A stretch of 63,148 nucleotides of DNA, filler included, from Octopus bimaculoides (taxonomy: Eukaryota): NCBI RefSeq assembly GCF_001194135.2. It is 4 parts of 4 records of this genome, joined end to end, with 100 filler letters (N's around TTAATTAATTAA, not from the genome) between each part and the next. Parts side by side here need not be neighbours in the genome. Positions count along the whole stretch, not along the records: positions 38,275 to 59,313 come from NC_068988.1; 3 more parts are not named here. The stretch is one strand, 5' to 3'. Below are positions 39,662 to 53,217 of the stretch, piece by piece. Within the stretch, counting starts at the first letter, position 1, and each line of letters opens with the position of its first letter. The position numbers and the translations under genes were made by a program. Below the pieces are notes generated by a model. It had not been told where the DNA came from, made no database searches, and worked only from the letters and a program-made list of their open reading frames with translations.

Positions 39662-40279
39662 CCTGGATTAGTTGTATGATTAAGTAATTCACTCACAAAC
39701 CATATTGTTTCTAGTTCAGTATGTGCCAATGTCTTTTATTATAGTGCCAGAGACTTTGGTGCTGTGCTGTGCTTGCATTGACATAGAGTAAGACATGTCT
39801 AATGTGATCTTTAAATGGGACAAACATGGGTGCAAATAGACCAGAAGATTATGGCTAAGAGAATCAGAATCTGAGAGAAAAATGTGAAAATTATTCATTG
39901 TGACATTCTTGAAACATTTCAAGAGACACGATTTAAAAAAATATTATCTGAAACTGTTTTCTAAAAATACAGCCGTTACCTTTACACCAACCTGTTGTGT
40001 GTGTGTATTTATATACATACATGTGTATGCATATGTATATGTGTATATAAACACCCACACACATATATGTGTAAAAACAGAATGGTGAATAGCCTTGAGA
40101 TAGGCAATATTAATCCACCAATGTTACTCCACTTGTTCACCAAAGTACAAAACTAATAACAATAGAAATGCTGATAGACACATCTTGGGATTTTTCACTC
40201 AGTATCTGTGTAGGTTTATCGTTCTTATCTGTTTACTTAAAAACAAACTCAAACCAGTATTACAATACATTGGGAGGAA

Positions 40280-40318
<39 letters not shown>

Positions 40319-40910
40319 AAAAAAGGATGCTATCCTCTCTCTTCTGGAACCACACATAGATACATACATACGTATACACATGTATATAGAAAACAATGTG
40401 GAACAACATTAAAATTAAATAATCTAAGTAAAAATCCCCTGATTTGTTGTGTTTGGTGATTCGGGGTCATAGAACCAGCAAAATATAGCAGATTTCATTA
40501 ATGAGAAATAATAGAGAACTCAAGAGTATTAAGGGGAAAATAATGATGACAAAGTTGGTGCTAACAATGTTGATTATATAGCAAGATGGTGATGTTGCAT
40601 AGGGAATGGAACCAATGATAGAAAAGATGTAGTAGAGCTAAGAAAGAAGGTAAAACACATAGATTATATGAAAATGTTGGTCGATCCAATATAATAGTCA
40701 AGTAAATTATTTGTTGTGAGTTTGAAAAGAAAAAATTCTATGTCTGTGTGTGTGTGCATGCGCAAGTGTACATGTGTGTGTATGAAATCATATATGTACG
40801 TATATTGCCTGAGGAGTGGAGTTATTTTTTTCAATTTGTGTACCTTGTGTATGTGAGTGTATGTATATATACATTCACACATACACACACATTTACATAT
40901 ATAGATATAT

Positions 40911-41018
<108 letters not shown>

Positions 41019-41567
41019 CCATACATATCTTTCTTTAAATTCTCTGACTATTATCTAAAGGAAAGACAGTACAGAGTTTGGTTATATTGTCTGTAACAAT
41101 ACACAAGACAGTAGAATCAATGAAAGTTTGTTGACATAATACCATCATCATGTTCCTCATCATTATTATTGCAATAATCATCATCATCATTATTATTACT
41201 ATTGTCGTTGTTGTTGTTGTTGTTGTTGTTATTATCATCAATATCACCACCAGACAAAATTCAATTCCACATCTTAACTTTCGTTGTTTTGTTGATTTAC
41301 TTTCCTTCCTTAAAACTTTCTTGATATTATATATTTTTTCCCAATTTTATTTGTTTAGTTCCTGTCTTTCCTGAAAGAGATTATTTAGGTTTTGATTTTT
41401 AAAATTACAATTGTTATATTTTTCTCTTGTTACATGATATAAGTATGCGGTTGTATGTTTAGATAATTAAAGGTTTTTCAAAAACTTATATACAAGTTTA
41501 CATACTCATTGACACATATAAATACATATATCTGCATGCATATGTATCTATATGTGTTATATGTATA

Positions 41568-41612
<45 letters not shown>

Positions 41613-41679
41613 GTGTGTGTGTGTGTGTGCATGCTGCTATCTCTTTCTCTCCATCTCTAGTAATGTAATATTAATAATA

Positions 41680-41860
41680 ATTCTCACTAATTTTGGCGTA
41701 AGGTCAGCAATTTTGAGAGGGGTGGGTAAGTAGATTAGATCAACCCCCAGTACATGACTGGTATCTTATTTTATTGACCTCCAAAGGTTGAAAGGCAAAG
41801 TTGACCTCAGCAGGATTTGAACTCTGAACATAAGGAGCCTTAATAAAAACCATTAGGCAT
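41680..41860 (-). mobile_element. SINE family C, CpG-decayed
   Basis: gaaaggcaaagttgacctcagcaggatttgaactctgaacat versus CpG-intact copy gaaaggcaaagtcgacctcggcggaatttgaactcagaacg. Confidence 0.8.
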
Positions 41861-41914
41861 TGATGTTTGACAGATGATGATGATGATGATGATGGTGATA
41901 TGGACAGTGAGATT

Positions 41915-42105
41915 GGGATGTCTAGGACATGGCAATTAAAAACCAAAACCATTTCTGCTGTTGTGGGTGCCCTGGGAATGATTAGAAAAGTAGTGACAAA
42001 TTTTTTGATCAGATTCCTGGGAAACCAACAATCTGCGAGACTCAAGAAATTGTGTTGACATCAACTGTACACCTTCTTAGGAAGTATTTTTTTCCATCTA
42101 ATATG
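41915..42105 (+). mobile_element. R4/Dong-like RLE C-terminal fragment
   Basis: WQLKTKTISAVVGALGMIRK then (frameshift) IPGKPTICETQEIVLTSTVHLLRK. Confidence 0.75.
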
Positions 42106-42394
42106 CATGTACCTTAGGTCTATGGTTGAGCACCGGTCGGAAGATGAAATAAAATACAAATCAGTTGGAAAATAATGACAATACTACTAAAACTAATAAC
42201 CACTTTTTCCCTTTATTAGCCACAAGGGCTCAAAGAGTATGAAAATTTCACTAGAGATTACATCAAAAGAAAAACAAACGAATGTGGATGACTTCTTGTT
42301 TAGAAATACAAAGTGTGAGTGTGATAGACATTATACAATCTGTGGAGAGATGCATTAACCTTTTAAAGGAGCACACACATAGTTATATGTGCAC

Positions 42395-42725
42395 ACATCA
42401 TCATTTAACATCTGTTGTCCATGCTGGTGTGGGTTGGATAGTTTGACCAGGGCTGGTAAACTGGAAGGCTGCACCAAGATCCAGTCTGATTTGGCATGGT
42501 TTTTCTATGGCTGGATGCTCTTTCTAATGCCAACCACTCAGAGTGTAATGGGTGCTTTTACGTGCCACCAACACAGGTGTCAATTTGCGTGACACCAGTA
42601 TCTGCCTTGACTGCAATTTTGCTCGGCTTGATTGGTCTTCTTCTCAAGCATGACATAATGCCAAAGGTCTTGGTCATTGCCTGTGAGGCCCAACACTTGA
42701 AAGGAATTCAGCCACTTTGCCTCCG
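42395..42725 (-). mobile_element. RTE 3' end derivative
   Basis: Minus peptide VLGLTGNDQDLWHYVMLEKKT joined to the RTE 3' UTR tail ending gttaaa(tga)n. Confidence 0.75.
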
Positions 42726-43279
42726 TGCAACCCAACACTTATATACATATATATGTATTTGTGTGTATATATACACATACATACTCACAGATATAAGTAC
42801 TCATATACACATATTTGCATAAAAATAAATAATAATATCATAATGCAGTGCTCAGGTGCACTACAACTCATCAAAAATAAAAGTTACAATTAGGTATACA
42901 ATAACTAAAAAGAGATAAAGAAAGTTAAAGGAAATAAACCCTGACATATTACTGGTTAGGTTGAGTCATAAACCTTTTTTGCCTAATTATTGACATGTTT
43001 AATCTTGTGGCAGAATTATGTATGGTAGCCATTTTGATGTGAAAAATCTCATGAGTGAAAATAGAATTTTCAAAATTTATATATCAAACCTGTTTCTTTT
43101 CTTGTCAGCCCCCCCCCCACCACCACCACCATGTATTAGCAACAACCCCTTCTTAAGCATTTATAGTTCTTTTTCAAAGTTCTCTGATAAGTAATTTCAT
43201 TCGGTAATGTATGGATAGATTGTGATTTGATGCAAAAAACAAAATGTTTTCACATTACTAAAATCAAATATAGAATATT

Positions 43280-43427
43280 AATCCTAATAAACCCAGTTAT
43301 TTTGAGGAGAGGGGGATGCCAATTACATTAACTCAAGTGCTCAACTGGTTGTTAATTTATCAACTCAGAAAGGAAGAAAGTCAAAGTCAACCTTGGTAGT
43401 ATTTGAACTCAGAACATAGAGACAGAT
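43280..43427 (-). mobile_element. SINE family C, CpG-decayed, partial
   Basis: aaagtcaaccttggtagtatttgaactcagaacatag. Confidence 0.7.
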
Positions 43428-43750
43428 GCCCGGAGGTAGTAACCTTTAGGGAAGACAAACAAGAGTGCTTAATAATTGACATGGCAATGCCAGGTGATCA
43501 CCATATCATCATGAAAGAAAGAGAAAAAGTTGATAAATATGGAGACCTGAGAATTGAGATTGCTTAGATGTGCCAGCTACAAGAGTCAAGCATAAAGGTT
43601 GTCCCTATCGTCATTGGAGCACTGGGTTCAATACTACCCAAGCTGAAGAAACACCCGGAAACTTTAGAAATACCCTACAATCTAAGTGTATTGCAAAAGT
43701 CGGCATTACTTGGAACTGGATGCATGTTGCATAAAGTACTGTCTGTCTGC
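43428..43750 (+). mobile_element. R4/Dong-like restriction-like endonuclease domain fragment
   Basis: RCPEVVTFREDKQECLIIDMAMPGD..KEREKVDKYGDLRIEIA*MCQL..VVPIVIGALGS..LQKSALLGTGCMLHKVLS. Confidence 0.85.
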
Positions 43751-43751
43751 G

Positions 43752-44250
43752 GTCCTTGTTGCAACAGCCATGCTCAAAATGGTGTATTTTACGTGCCACC
43801 TGCACAGGAGCCAATCCAGCGGTACTGGCAATGATCTCGCTCGAATGTCTTTACACATGCCACCGGCACAAGTGCCAGGAAAGCAACGCTGGGCACAGGT
43901 GCCGTCACGATTTCACTTTCACTTGCCCCAACAGGTCTTTGCAAGCCGAGTTTAGTGTCTAATGAAGGAGACGATGTTGACATGGGTGTCAGTCGTCAAA
44001 TTTAGTTCAATTTCGATTTCACTTGCCTCAACAGGTCTTCGCAAGCGGAGTTTAGTTTCCAATGAAGGAAGGTACACATAAGTGGGCTGGCTACACCCCT
44101 GGCAGAGGCCTTGGATTTAGGTCTCACTTGGCTTGCCAGGTCTTCTCATGCACAACATATTTCCAAAGGTCTCGGTCAAAAGTCATCGCCTTGGTGAGGC
44201 CCAATGTTCGAAGGTCGTGCCTCACCACCTCATCCCAGGTCTTCCTGGGC
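43752..44250 (-). mobile_element. RTE LINE C-terminus and long 3' UTR
   Basis: PRKTWDEVVRHDLRTLGLTKAMTFDRDLWKYVVHEKTWQAK*; UTR shares gatc(a/g)ttgccagt..ggtggcac(a/g)taaaa with 39115-39200. Confidence 0.85.
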
Positions 44251-44261
44251 TTTGGTTTCAA

Positions 44262-44458
44262 ATTTTGCCACAATGGCAGCCACTTTTGGGGAGGGAATGT
44301 GTCGATTACATCGACCCCAGTGTTCAACTGGTACTTAATTTATCAACCCCGAAAGGATGAAAGGCAAAGTCAACCTCAACAGAATTTGACCTTAGAACAT
44401 AGCAACAGATGAAATACCAGTAATCATTTCATCCAGCACGCTACTGATTCAGCTGCCT
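44262..44458 (-). mobile_element. SINE family C, CpG-decayed
   Basis: tcaaccccgaaaggatgaaaggcaaagtcaacctcaacagaatttgaccttagaacatagcaacagatg. Confidence 0.85.
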
Positions 44459-47057
44459 TAATAATAATAATAACAACAGGTGGTGGTAGCAGTAGCAGCA
44501 GTAGCAGCAGCAGCAGTAACAGTAGCAGCAGCAGTAGTAGTAGTATATTGCATAATTGTTAAGAGCTACTAACTGGTGAAAGTGATGAAGAAAGTATCAA
44601 TTCAGGTGAACGAAAAAAAAATAGGCCTATTATTGTTATTCTTCAGAATTTTTTCTTTTTGTGATTCTGTCCATTAGTTTACCTGCAATGAACAAATACA
44701 ATAGTGAAGAGAAAGGCCTTATATTGTTACTCTCTAGAATTTTTGTGATTCTATCCATTAGCTTTTCTGCAATCATTACACTTGAGCTGTGTAAGCAACT
44801 ATTTACTTTTTTTTGCTCGGGAGCCCAAGTAAGGGTGAAGTAAAACACAGAGGCCCAGGTCTGAGAGGCTTCAAATAAAATACCAACGTATGTCGATTCA
44901 ATAGACAGTATCCATCGTCGACATTTTCCTGGTTTTATGCTAATGTAAGAAATATCGTTCTATTAGAATTTTTTGTGATGTTGTTGTTTAGTGTCATAAT
45001 GGCTCTGGTTGAACAGATCTATGATCAAAACTGTTCTTCTTACAACCAACCCATTTTATTTGAATAACAGGGACTATATTACACAATGTGTTCTGAGAGA
45101 AATTTGGCCACCATTTCTTAAGATGTTACACAACGAAGTAGAGATTCTTCCTAGTTAGTTCTTGGAGCTCTCTCAGAGAAGACAACTAAAATAGAACACG
45201 ATTGGTTTTTGGAACCAAATGCAGTGCAGTTCAGTAATATAAGGGACAGCTCAGTTGACTAAATTCCCTGCTTACAAAAACTGGTCCTGGATTGAGTGAA
45301 AAGAAATCAAATTTTCACTGGATATTAGAGCAGAAAACTACACACTGTACAATACACAGTTGCAACCATGTTGATATGTTAATGTCTTAAGGGTGTTATT
45401 TATAAAAATATTACATATAATATAAATGAAAACATTGCTGTTTAACTTGATTTAGTCCCATCTAAATACACAAACACATTAACACAAATGTATGTAAGCT
45501 TTTTAGATGTATAAATGCATAGATGTATGTAAAAAAGCATGTACATGTACACATATATCTCTTTCTACTTTTTGTGTTAGAAAGAGAGAGAGAGAGAGAG
45601 TTGTGAAATAGAGAGTAAAGTGGTGTAAATGTGTATATTTGTGTGCATGGATTTTATGGAACTGTTGAGATGTTTGTAGAGAATTTAATAATGCAACAGT
45701 TCTAGTATCACTTGCAGTCTGACATTTATTTCTTCTCTAGACTTGCTGAACAATGGACACTGAGAATAGAATGGAATACACAGGAAAGACAAAAAAAAAA
45801 TTAAGGAAGTTAAAGGTGGTGGAAAAATAGACAGAGGTGTCAAATTGAAATAGAGAAAGAAGGAAAATGAAAAGGAAAACTGAAATGAGGGAGGGTCAAT
45901 TGTTAAAGAATGAGAGATACTAAGAAAATAAAATGAAGAATAATCTTAGCATAAATAAGGGGAATAGGTGTCAAAGAGATTGAATTGGAGTAGCAAATAA
46001 AAAGTGATGAGGTAAAAGAAAGAAAAATAAAGAGAAAGAAAATTATAGAAAAGAATACAAAATTGTGGAGAGAAAGAAAGAGTAGAAGTAAAAAGGGAGA
46101 AATAGAGAAGTAAAAACTAGTATAAAGAAATTGGAAGACTGAAGATGGATACTGGAGAAGAAGAAGAGAAAAAAAAGAATTAGGAAAGAAAGATAAATAA
46201 AGAAGGAAGAGAGAGAAAGAAATATAGAAGATAAAGTAGAAGGGAAAAGAGTAAAGAAGAAAAAGAAAACATAAAATGAAGAAGATAAAGAAATAAAAAG
46301 AAAATAAAGCAGAAATAAAATATAAAACAATTAAATTGAAGAGTGTAAAAAACGGAGTGAAATAGAGATGTATGAAGAAGAAGAAGATAAGTGGAAAATT
46401 GAGGCTGAATAATGATGAAGATTGTGCAAGAGTAAGGGGAAAGAAAAAGATGAAAAATCGTTTTTGAAAAATAATTGAAGGAATGGTTAGTAAAATTTAA
46501 CAAAATAAACTGAAGGATGAAGGTGGGGAGAGAAAGTAGGGGAAAAGAAATCTTAAAATGAAAGCAAAGAAAAAGAAAAGGAAAAGATACGATTTGGAAG
46601 AGAAGAGGGAGAATGGGAAAACAAAATTTAAAAAATAAAGAAATATATGAAAAATAAAAGAAATAAAAATTTTGAAGGAAAAATATAGCAAATAGAAAAA
46701 ATTAAGTGAATGAGAGCAGGAGCCTAAAATGAAGAATGAAAAAGAAGTGATTGAAGAATATTGAAGAATGATTAAAAATGAATGAGAATGAAAATAGGTA
46801 TAAATGAAGAAAAAGATGTTGAAGAAGAACTTAGGAAATAAAAGAAAAAAGGAAACATGAAATTTTAGTGCAGGAAAAGAAAGGGAGAAGAATTTGACAC
46901 CGATTTAGTCTGTAGAAAAGCCTGTAATCCACTTTAAATTACACAAAATCTATTTTATCCAGTTCCTTTATGTTTAACCTTAGTTCTCTTTGATGCTACT
47001 ACCCTCTTCAAACAATTTAAGAGAGATTTGAAGGAAAGAAGAAACAAAAAGAGAGGG

Positions 47058-47093
<36 letters not shown>

Positions 47094-47395
47094 AAGATGG
47101 AAGAAGAGGAAGAGATGTTGAAAGATGGCAATTACTAAGAAGTAACCATTGATTTCTAAATGATTAAGTGGTTCTGGGAACCATACCTACTGTGAAACAG
47201 GGGAAGGTTTTTTTTCACTTTCTGAGAGAAACAGAGTAAAACTTTTAGCATTTAGCTAAAGTGCTTGACCAATTTTGACAATATCTGAAAATCAGAAATT
47301 CGCTCACTTGAACAAAAGTGCTCAAAGCAATTTAATTGAGTAAAATGACATACGGACAAGATTTTCGATTACTTTAACTACTAAGAATATGTATG

Positions 47396-47431
<36 letters not shown>

Positions 47432-47473
47432 CACATATATATATATACATATATCTATTTATCTCTCTCTCTA

Positions 47474-47518
<45 letters not shown>

Positions 47519-47849
47519 ATAGGTATTTGTGTATATACATATATATATGTCTGTGTGTGTGTGTGTATGTGTGTTTACAGATGCATAGACGATGGCTATA
47601 ACAAATAAGAAAAAGTGTACTCAACACTAGTTACAGAGTACAATAATTTGGCTGAAGTCAGTGAACTGTTATTCTTCAGTTTCCATATGTAGTAACCTTG
47701 ATAAAATTTCAACGTGTCAAAAAAATAATACGACAACTACAAATATAAAATGCAGATAAAAAGAAATAGACACTAATATTCCACTAACTGAGTGAAAGTT
47801 CAACCAATATAAAGTGTCAGATATATTGTCAGTCAGCAATAATAATAAT

Positions 47850-48065
47850 AATACTTCCTATTATAGGCACAAATTCTGAAATTTTGGGGGAGGGGACTAG
47901 TCAATTAGATCGACTCCAGTGTTTCAGTGGTATTTAATTCATTGATGCAGAAAAAATGAAAAGCAAAGCCAACCTCAGTGGAATTTGAACTCGGAATGTA
48001 AAGAGAGATGAGGTGCTGTTAAGCATTTTTGCCAGCATGCTAACGATTCTGCCGGCTCACTGCCT
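47850..48065 (-). mobile_element. SINE family C, CpG-decayed
   Basis: ctgaaattttgggggagggg...aacctcagtggaatttgaactc...gctaacgattctgccggctcac. Confidence 0.85.
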
Positions 48066-49204
48066 TAATACTAATGCTAGTAATGATAATAATAAATGCC
48101 CTGGTGCAGTACCAGGCACCGAATCTCATGGCTTCTGATCGCTACTGCATATGAGTGACAATGAAAAACAAAATATTGTGAATAACGGTGGTAATGAAAC
48201 TGAAACCATTGATGGTGACACTTTATTTTCAATTTTTGCTTTTTATTGGTGCTGAATCACATTTTCTATGAGCTCATTATTGCAAAACCTGTCCAAGCTA
48301 TGGAATATGTTTGCCGCTGCTTTTTCCTGGTACTATGTAGATGTATTGTGAGTTTTTCCAACTCAGTTATTTTGTTGTCTGCAGGCATATAACATAAAGC
48401 TAAAACAATTGCAGGAAATGTTGCAGACACTAAAAAGTATGACCATATAAATAAATATACATATAAATATCTACATCTGAGTGTACATTAACATATTACT
48501 GGTAATTGTACACTCCCATATTATAATCCCTATTGCTTAGTGTGAGTAATTAGATTAATTTCAGCTTCACAAAACCTTGTACATAGTAAATTTCTTATTT
48601 GTTGTTTAAATATAAGAACAACAGTTCATATTGGGTCGTGGGTGATGAAACAGCCGTTGAAGCATCGCAAGGCAGAAATACACACCCTGCAGTGCAATGA
48701 TGTCATTCATGGTGCAATACTGTGTTGTCACACACTGATTGGCAATAAGGAGAATTTCTCCCTTGAGACAGTATCTGCAGTGAAGGTCTTTCTATGCTAG
48801 AGTGTGTATGAATGATTCATATATAACTGTCTACATATATATATTTTAAGCATCACTGTTTAGTTTATCATCAAGGAGTAAGTTTGCTTTTTCACAAGTA
48901 ACATTAATAGAAACCGTTTAAGTATTATAACTTACTTTGTTAAGGATATTATATAACGTATTTGATTTAAGTTGATTTGACAATAGCTTCTCACAAAGTC
49001 TAGTTCAGTTGTTTTGCTCACAAATGTTCAATTTTTTGGATGTTTATACGTTACGGTTGGTTCCACTTCTCCCTTTTCACTCGGAAAAGTTAATTTTGTT
49101 TAAAATTTACTAAATTTTGACTTGCTGTTCAACTTTTAAATATCATTTAATGCTTGTTAATTGTTTTAAGAAATTGAATTGAATTATTTGAGACTTCTTA
49201 GATC

Positions 49205-49545
49205 ACTCAACATTCCATAGGGTCCTATCAAAAGCAACTATTACTACACTGTCCAGATGGATTCCCAAGTGTGACCAACTGACATGATGGATATTATCCA
49301 AACGTCTCATTCTTTGTCTACCACTAGGTCCCTTGCCAGTTGGCTTGTCTTGAAGAATCCATCTTCTGATTCTCTCCTCTGATATTCTAATCACATGTGC
49401 ATGGTACCAGAGCTGTGACTGTGTAATGTAGAGAAGTAGTGACTTAACTCTGAGAGACTCACTGATATTTGAGTCATGCAACCTGTCAGGTAACATTACT
49501 TTAGACATCCTTCAGACAAACCCCATTTTGGCTGCTTCAATTTGT
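49205..49545 (-). mobile_element. RTE-like LINE ORF C-terminal remnant (second family)
   Basis: RMSKVMLPDRL..NISESLRVKSLLLYITQSQLWYHAHVIRISEERI..KPTGKGPSGRQRMRRLDNI..DRTLW. Confidence 0.75.
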
Positions 49546-52014
49546 GATTGTAGTCTTTTGGTTGTAAATTTTTTAAATCGTTTAGTGTTTTTTTTTTTCC
49601 TCCACTCTTATTTGAATATTCTGTAAGCCAACGACACTCAGGCTGAATAATATTTATCTTTGAAAGTTTTCAAATCATTCATTTTGTTTTTGTAATACAG
49701 AATGTAAAAGTTAAGGATTAATAGACGTCACACAGCTGCAAAATAATACTAATCAATTACTTAACAACCCAACATTAAATATCCATTGATTGGTGATCAA
49801 CCACACTGACTTTTTTTTTTACAAGAGAATCTAGTTCTTCTTCCTAAAGAAGTTTCCAGTCTAGAAATGTAAAATTAAGCCAAACTTTCCAAGGAGAATG
49901 CAAAAGAGAATATGTGTTTGTTACTTTCTGTTTTATATTTTTGAAATGCATTTGAATAAAATGGTTCAGTTAGATGCTTTTTCTTATCAAAATTGAACAA
50001 TAAACATACCTTCAAGTGTCTTTTGGAAATCAACTTTTGTATCTTAAAATATGTAGCTACATCCAATACATTAATAATTATGATGCTCATATAAGATGCA
50101 TGATAAGTTTTTGAAATATTTTGGGAAAAAAAAGTGTTTAATATTCAGAAAAATATTGACTATTTTCACTAAACTATTCCACAAATCAAGGAAAAACGTG
50201 TGTAATAAAAGTATTTGCCTCAACAATCCATAAATATTTGAAATTGTATAATATTGCATTGTTGATTCATGAATCACTGTATAGTTTCAGAAAATAGCTG
50301 TATCTTGGGTAGAGTTACTCACTCTCTTTCTCTCTCTGCCTCTCACTCTATCTATCAATCTATCTAGCTATCTACCTGTCTGTCTATTTATTTCACATAT
50401 TTATTCTAAGCATTACAAATGAAATGTTTCTTTAGAGTTGATGCCAATTCTACAACAATATTCCTATGAATTCAAGTTTGAAACCTGTTATTAATTTTTG
50501 TGCATCCCCCCCCCCCCNNNNNNNNNNCCCCCACTGGTTTGCTTCAGCAATATCCACTCTGTGGTGATGTTTATTCAGTGTCTGTTGACAGAAATCCTAT
50601 ATTTGTTTTCACCTCATTTATTTGGTTCCTCAGCATTGATAACAAAATAAAATGTTTTGTCAACTCATAATGGTTGGGATTAAGAATTATCTCTCTTTAA
50701 TCTGATTGGTAAATTCATCCTGGTGAACCACAGAACATTTGCTTGGGCAAGTCCCTCTGTTAGATTTAATATGACCAATTCAGATGCAAGTGGATGGTGG
50801 TGGTGGTGGTGGTGGTGTTGATGGCGGCAGCAGCAGTGGTAGCAGTGGTGGTGGTGGTGATGAGGATGAAAATGATGATAGTAGTGCAATGGCAGCAGTG
50901 GCAGTACTAAATCATGTCATAAAATGCAGAAAAAAAATGTTACAAAATTTACATTATTCTCTTCTTAACAAAACACATTTAAACCCCAATTATAAAAAAT
51001 CCCCCAAATCTGTTATCAACAGAAAACAGACGCTTCCTTAGCTTGGCTTAATTCCTTGCGTTTTAGGTTTCTGTTGATTTGATACTCTTATTCCTTTTTT
51101 TTCCCCTCTGCCTCCCTCTAGTTCAGTCATGTGCATGAATACTGGTCGGAGTCACATAAATATTTAAGCTCTGGTCACATATCTCTACAGATAATCCTAT
51201 ATTATTTTCACTAGAAATAAATTTAAGCATACCAATATTATGATATTGTATTACAGCTTCTGACATTATTTTCTCTTACTCAACCTGAATCTTCTTCTTC
51301 GTCGTTATCATCATCACCACCACCACCATCATCATCATCATCGTCGTCGTCATCTTAACATCAAATTTTCTACCAGATGCTCTTCCTGCCAGTAAACCTT
51401 GCCTGTTTCCAAGCAAGATAATATTTCTGTATGACTGGATATGTTTGCACAGAAGAAAGGAAAACAACAACGTATCTTGCTTACGTCTGTTACACAATAT
51501 CAAGGCAAGGAGGCACTAACAGACACACACACCCGTGATGGGCTTCTTTCAGTTTCTATTGATCAAATACACTCAAGATATTTTCGATGGCCCTGAGCTA
51601 TAGAAAAAGACACTTTTTGTGGAGGACATGCTTTTACTGAAATTTGAAATCTGTCTAGCAATTCCAGTTTCACACTACACTACTGCAATCTTCAGTTCTC
51701 ACCTGAAGATCACCACGGTGTGAAACTCGGATTACAAGGCAAACTAATTTCAATAAAAATTATACACACACACAGAAGATGGTAAATTGACAGAATCACT
51801 GGTGCATCAGACAAAATTCTTAGCAGTGTTTCCTTACAGTTCTTTACACTCTGAGTTCCAATCCTGTCAGGAACTGGGGTCGATGTTATTGATTACCCTC
51901 AAAATTATTGGCCTTGTGACTGAATTAGAAATAGTACCCATGTATACAGATATTCAGTTATATGTGCACATGCACACATATATAGACATATAAATGCATG
52001 CACATATATATATA

Positions 52015-52312
52015 TCATCATCATCATCATCGTTTAACGTCCACTTTCCATGCTAGCATGGGTTGGATGATTTGACTGAGGACTGGTGAAACCGGATGGC
52101 AACACCAGCCTCCAATCTGATTTGGCAGAGTTTCTACAGCTGGATGCCCTTCCTAACGCCAACCACTCAGAGATTGTAGTGGGTGCTTTTACGTGTCACT
52201 CGCATGAAGGCCAGTCAGGCGGTACTGGCAACGGCCACGCTCAAAATGGTGTATTTTATGTGCCACCCGCACAAGAGCCAGTCCAGGGGCACTGGCAACG
52301 ATCTCGCTCGAA
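52015..52312 (-). mobile_element. RTE 3' UTR fragment
   Basis: Near reverse complement of 39115-39390, with (cat)n end. Confidence 0.9.
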
Positions 52313-52572
52313 TTTGAAGGCTCATAGACAAGTGGATAGAATGACATCACTGGTGCCAAGCTGTATCAGCCTTTGCCTTTCCCTTGGACAACATCAGTGG
52401 CATGGAGAGGGGAGGCTGGTATACATGGGTGACTACTGGCTTTCCATAAACAACCTTGCCTAGACTTGTGCCTTGCAGGGGAACTTTCTAGGTGCAATCC
52501 CATGGTCATTCATGACCAAAGAGGGATCTTTAACATTTTATGCATATATATATATATATGTGGAGGCGCAAT

Positions 52573-53012
52573 CACATTGTCCTCACTTAACCAAAATGTG
52601 TCTGAACTGCTAGCAACTCACCACCAGCATATCATTTGGACAGGAAAGAAAATGTAAATCTGCTGTGTGTGCAGTATTTGGTGTTAGTGTATGCGCAGAT
52701 TTGTATGTTTGTTTTATGGATGCGTTTTTATGTATATATTTTCATGTCTAGGCATATGCATATGTATTTATGCGCAGATTTGTATGTTTGTTTATGGATG
52801 CGTTTTTATGTATATATTTTCATGTCTAGATGCTAAATTTTTGGAAAGTTTTACATATCTTTACAGTTCCATTGATGGTTTGAATCTGTAGTCTTCTAAT
52901 CAGCCTTTTTCTCTCAGGTTTTGAGAACCCTAATTTTTCCAGGTTTTTGTTGAGGCAGTTCGTTACATATCCCAATGCCCCAACAATCACGGGTATGAAT
53001 CTGAACTTGTAG
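52573..53012 (-). mobile_element. RLE-type non-LTR retrotransposon 3' end (third family) with duplicated UTR block
   Basis: PDYKFRFIPVIVGALGYVTNCLNKNLEKLGFSKPERKRLIRRLQIQTINGTVKICKTFQKFSI*; ~60-nt block duplicated in 52690-52830. Confidence 0.7.
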
Positions 53013-53217
53013 TCTGGGTTATGTATGTATGTATGTATGTATGTATGTATGTATGTATGTATATAAATCTATTTAATATCACCTGAGCAATGATCTTGTA
53101 AGATGCATTTCAAAGCTCCTGTATTGTTATTGGCCTCCATATGCCAACCATATAGCAGGATTACTTCTTTTGCTGGACATACACGTGGAAATACATTAGT
53201 GTATGCAGAATTCAAAT

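Noticed and set aside
44625-44775. ~95-bp diverged tandem duplication
   Set aside because: Ordinary local duplication with no further structure.
45760-46900. 1.1-kb purine-rich strand-asymmetric tract giving F/L/S-rich minus ORFs (similar at 1535-2200)
   Set aside because: Low-complexity A/G sequence typical of this genome; no periodicity or coding pattern.
48690-48745. SECIS-like ATGA...AA...TGAT pattern and an in-frame TGA on the minus strand (HHE*HHC)
   Set aside because: Helix II flanking the putative GA quartet does not base-pair; no support for selenocysteine.
51697-51735. CTGAAGA-tcacc ac ggtgt-GAAA hammerhead-like motif
   Set aside because: Stems I and III cannot be formed.
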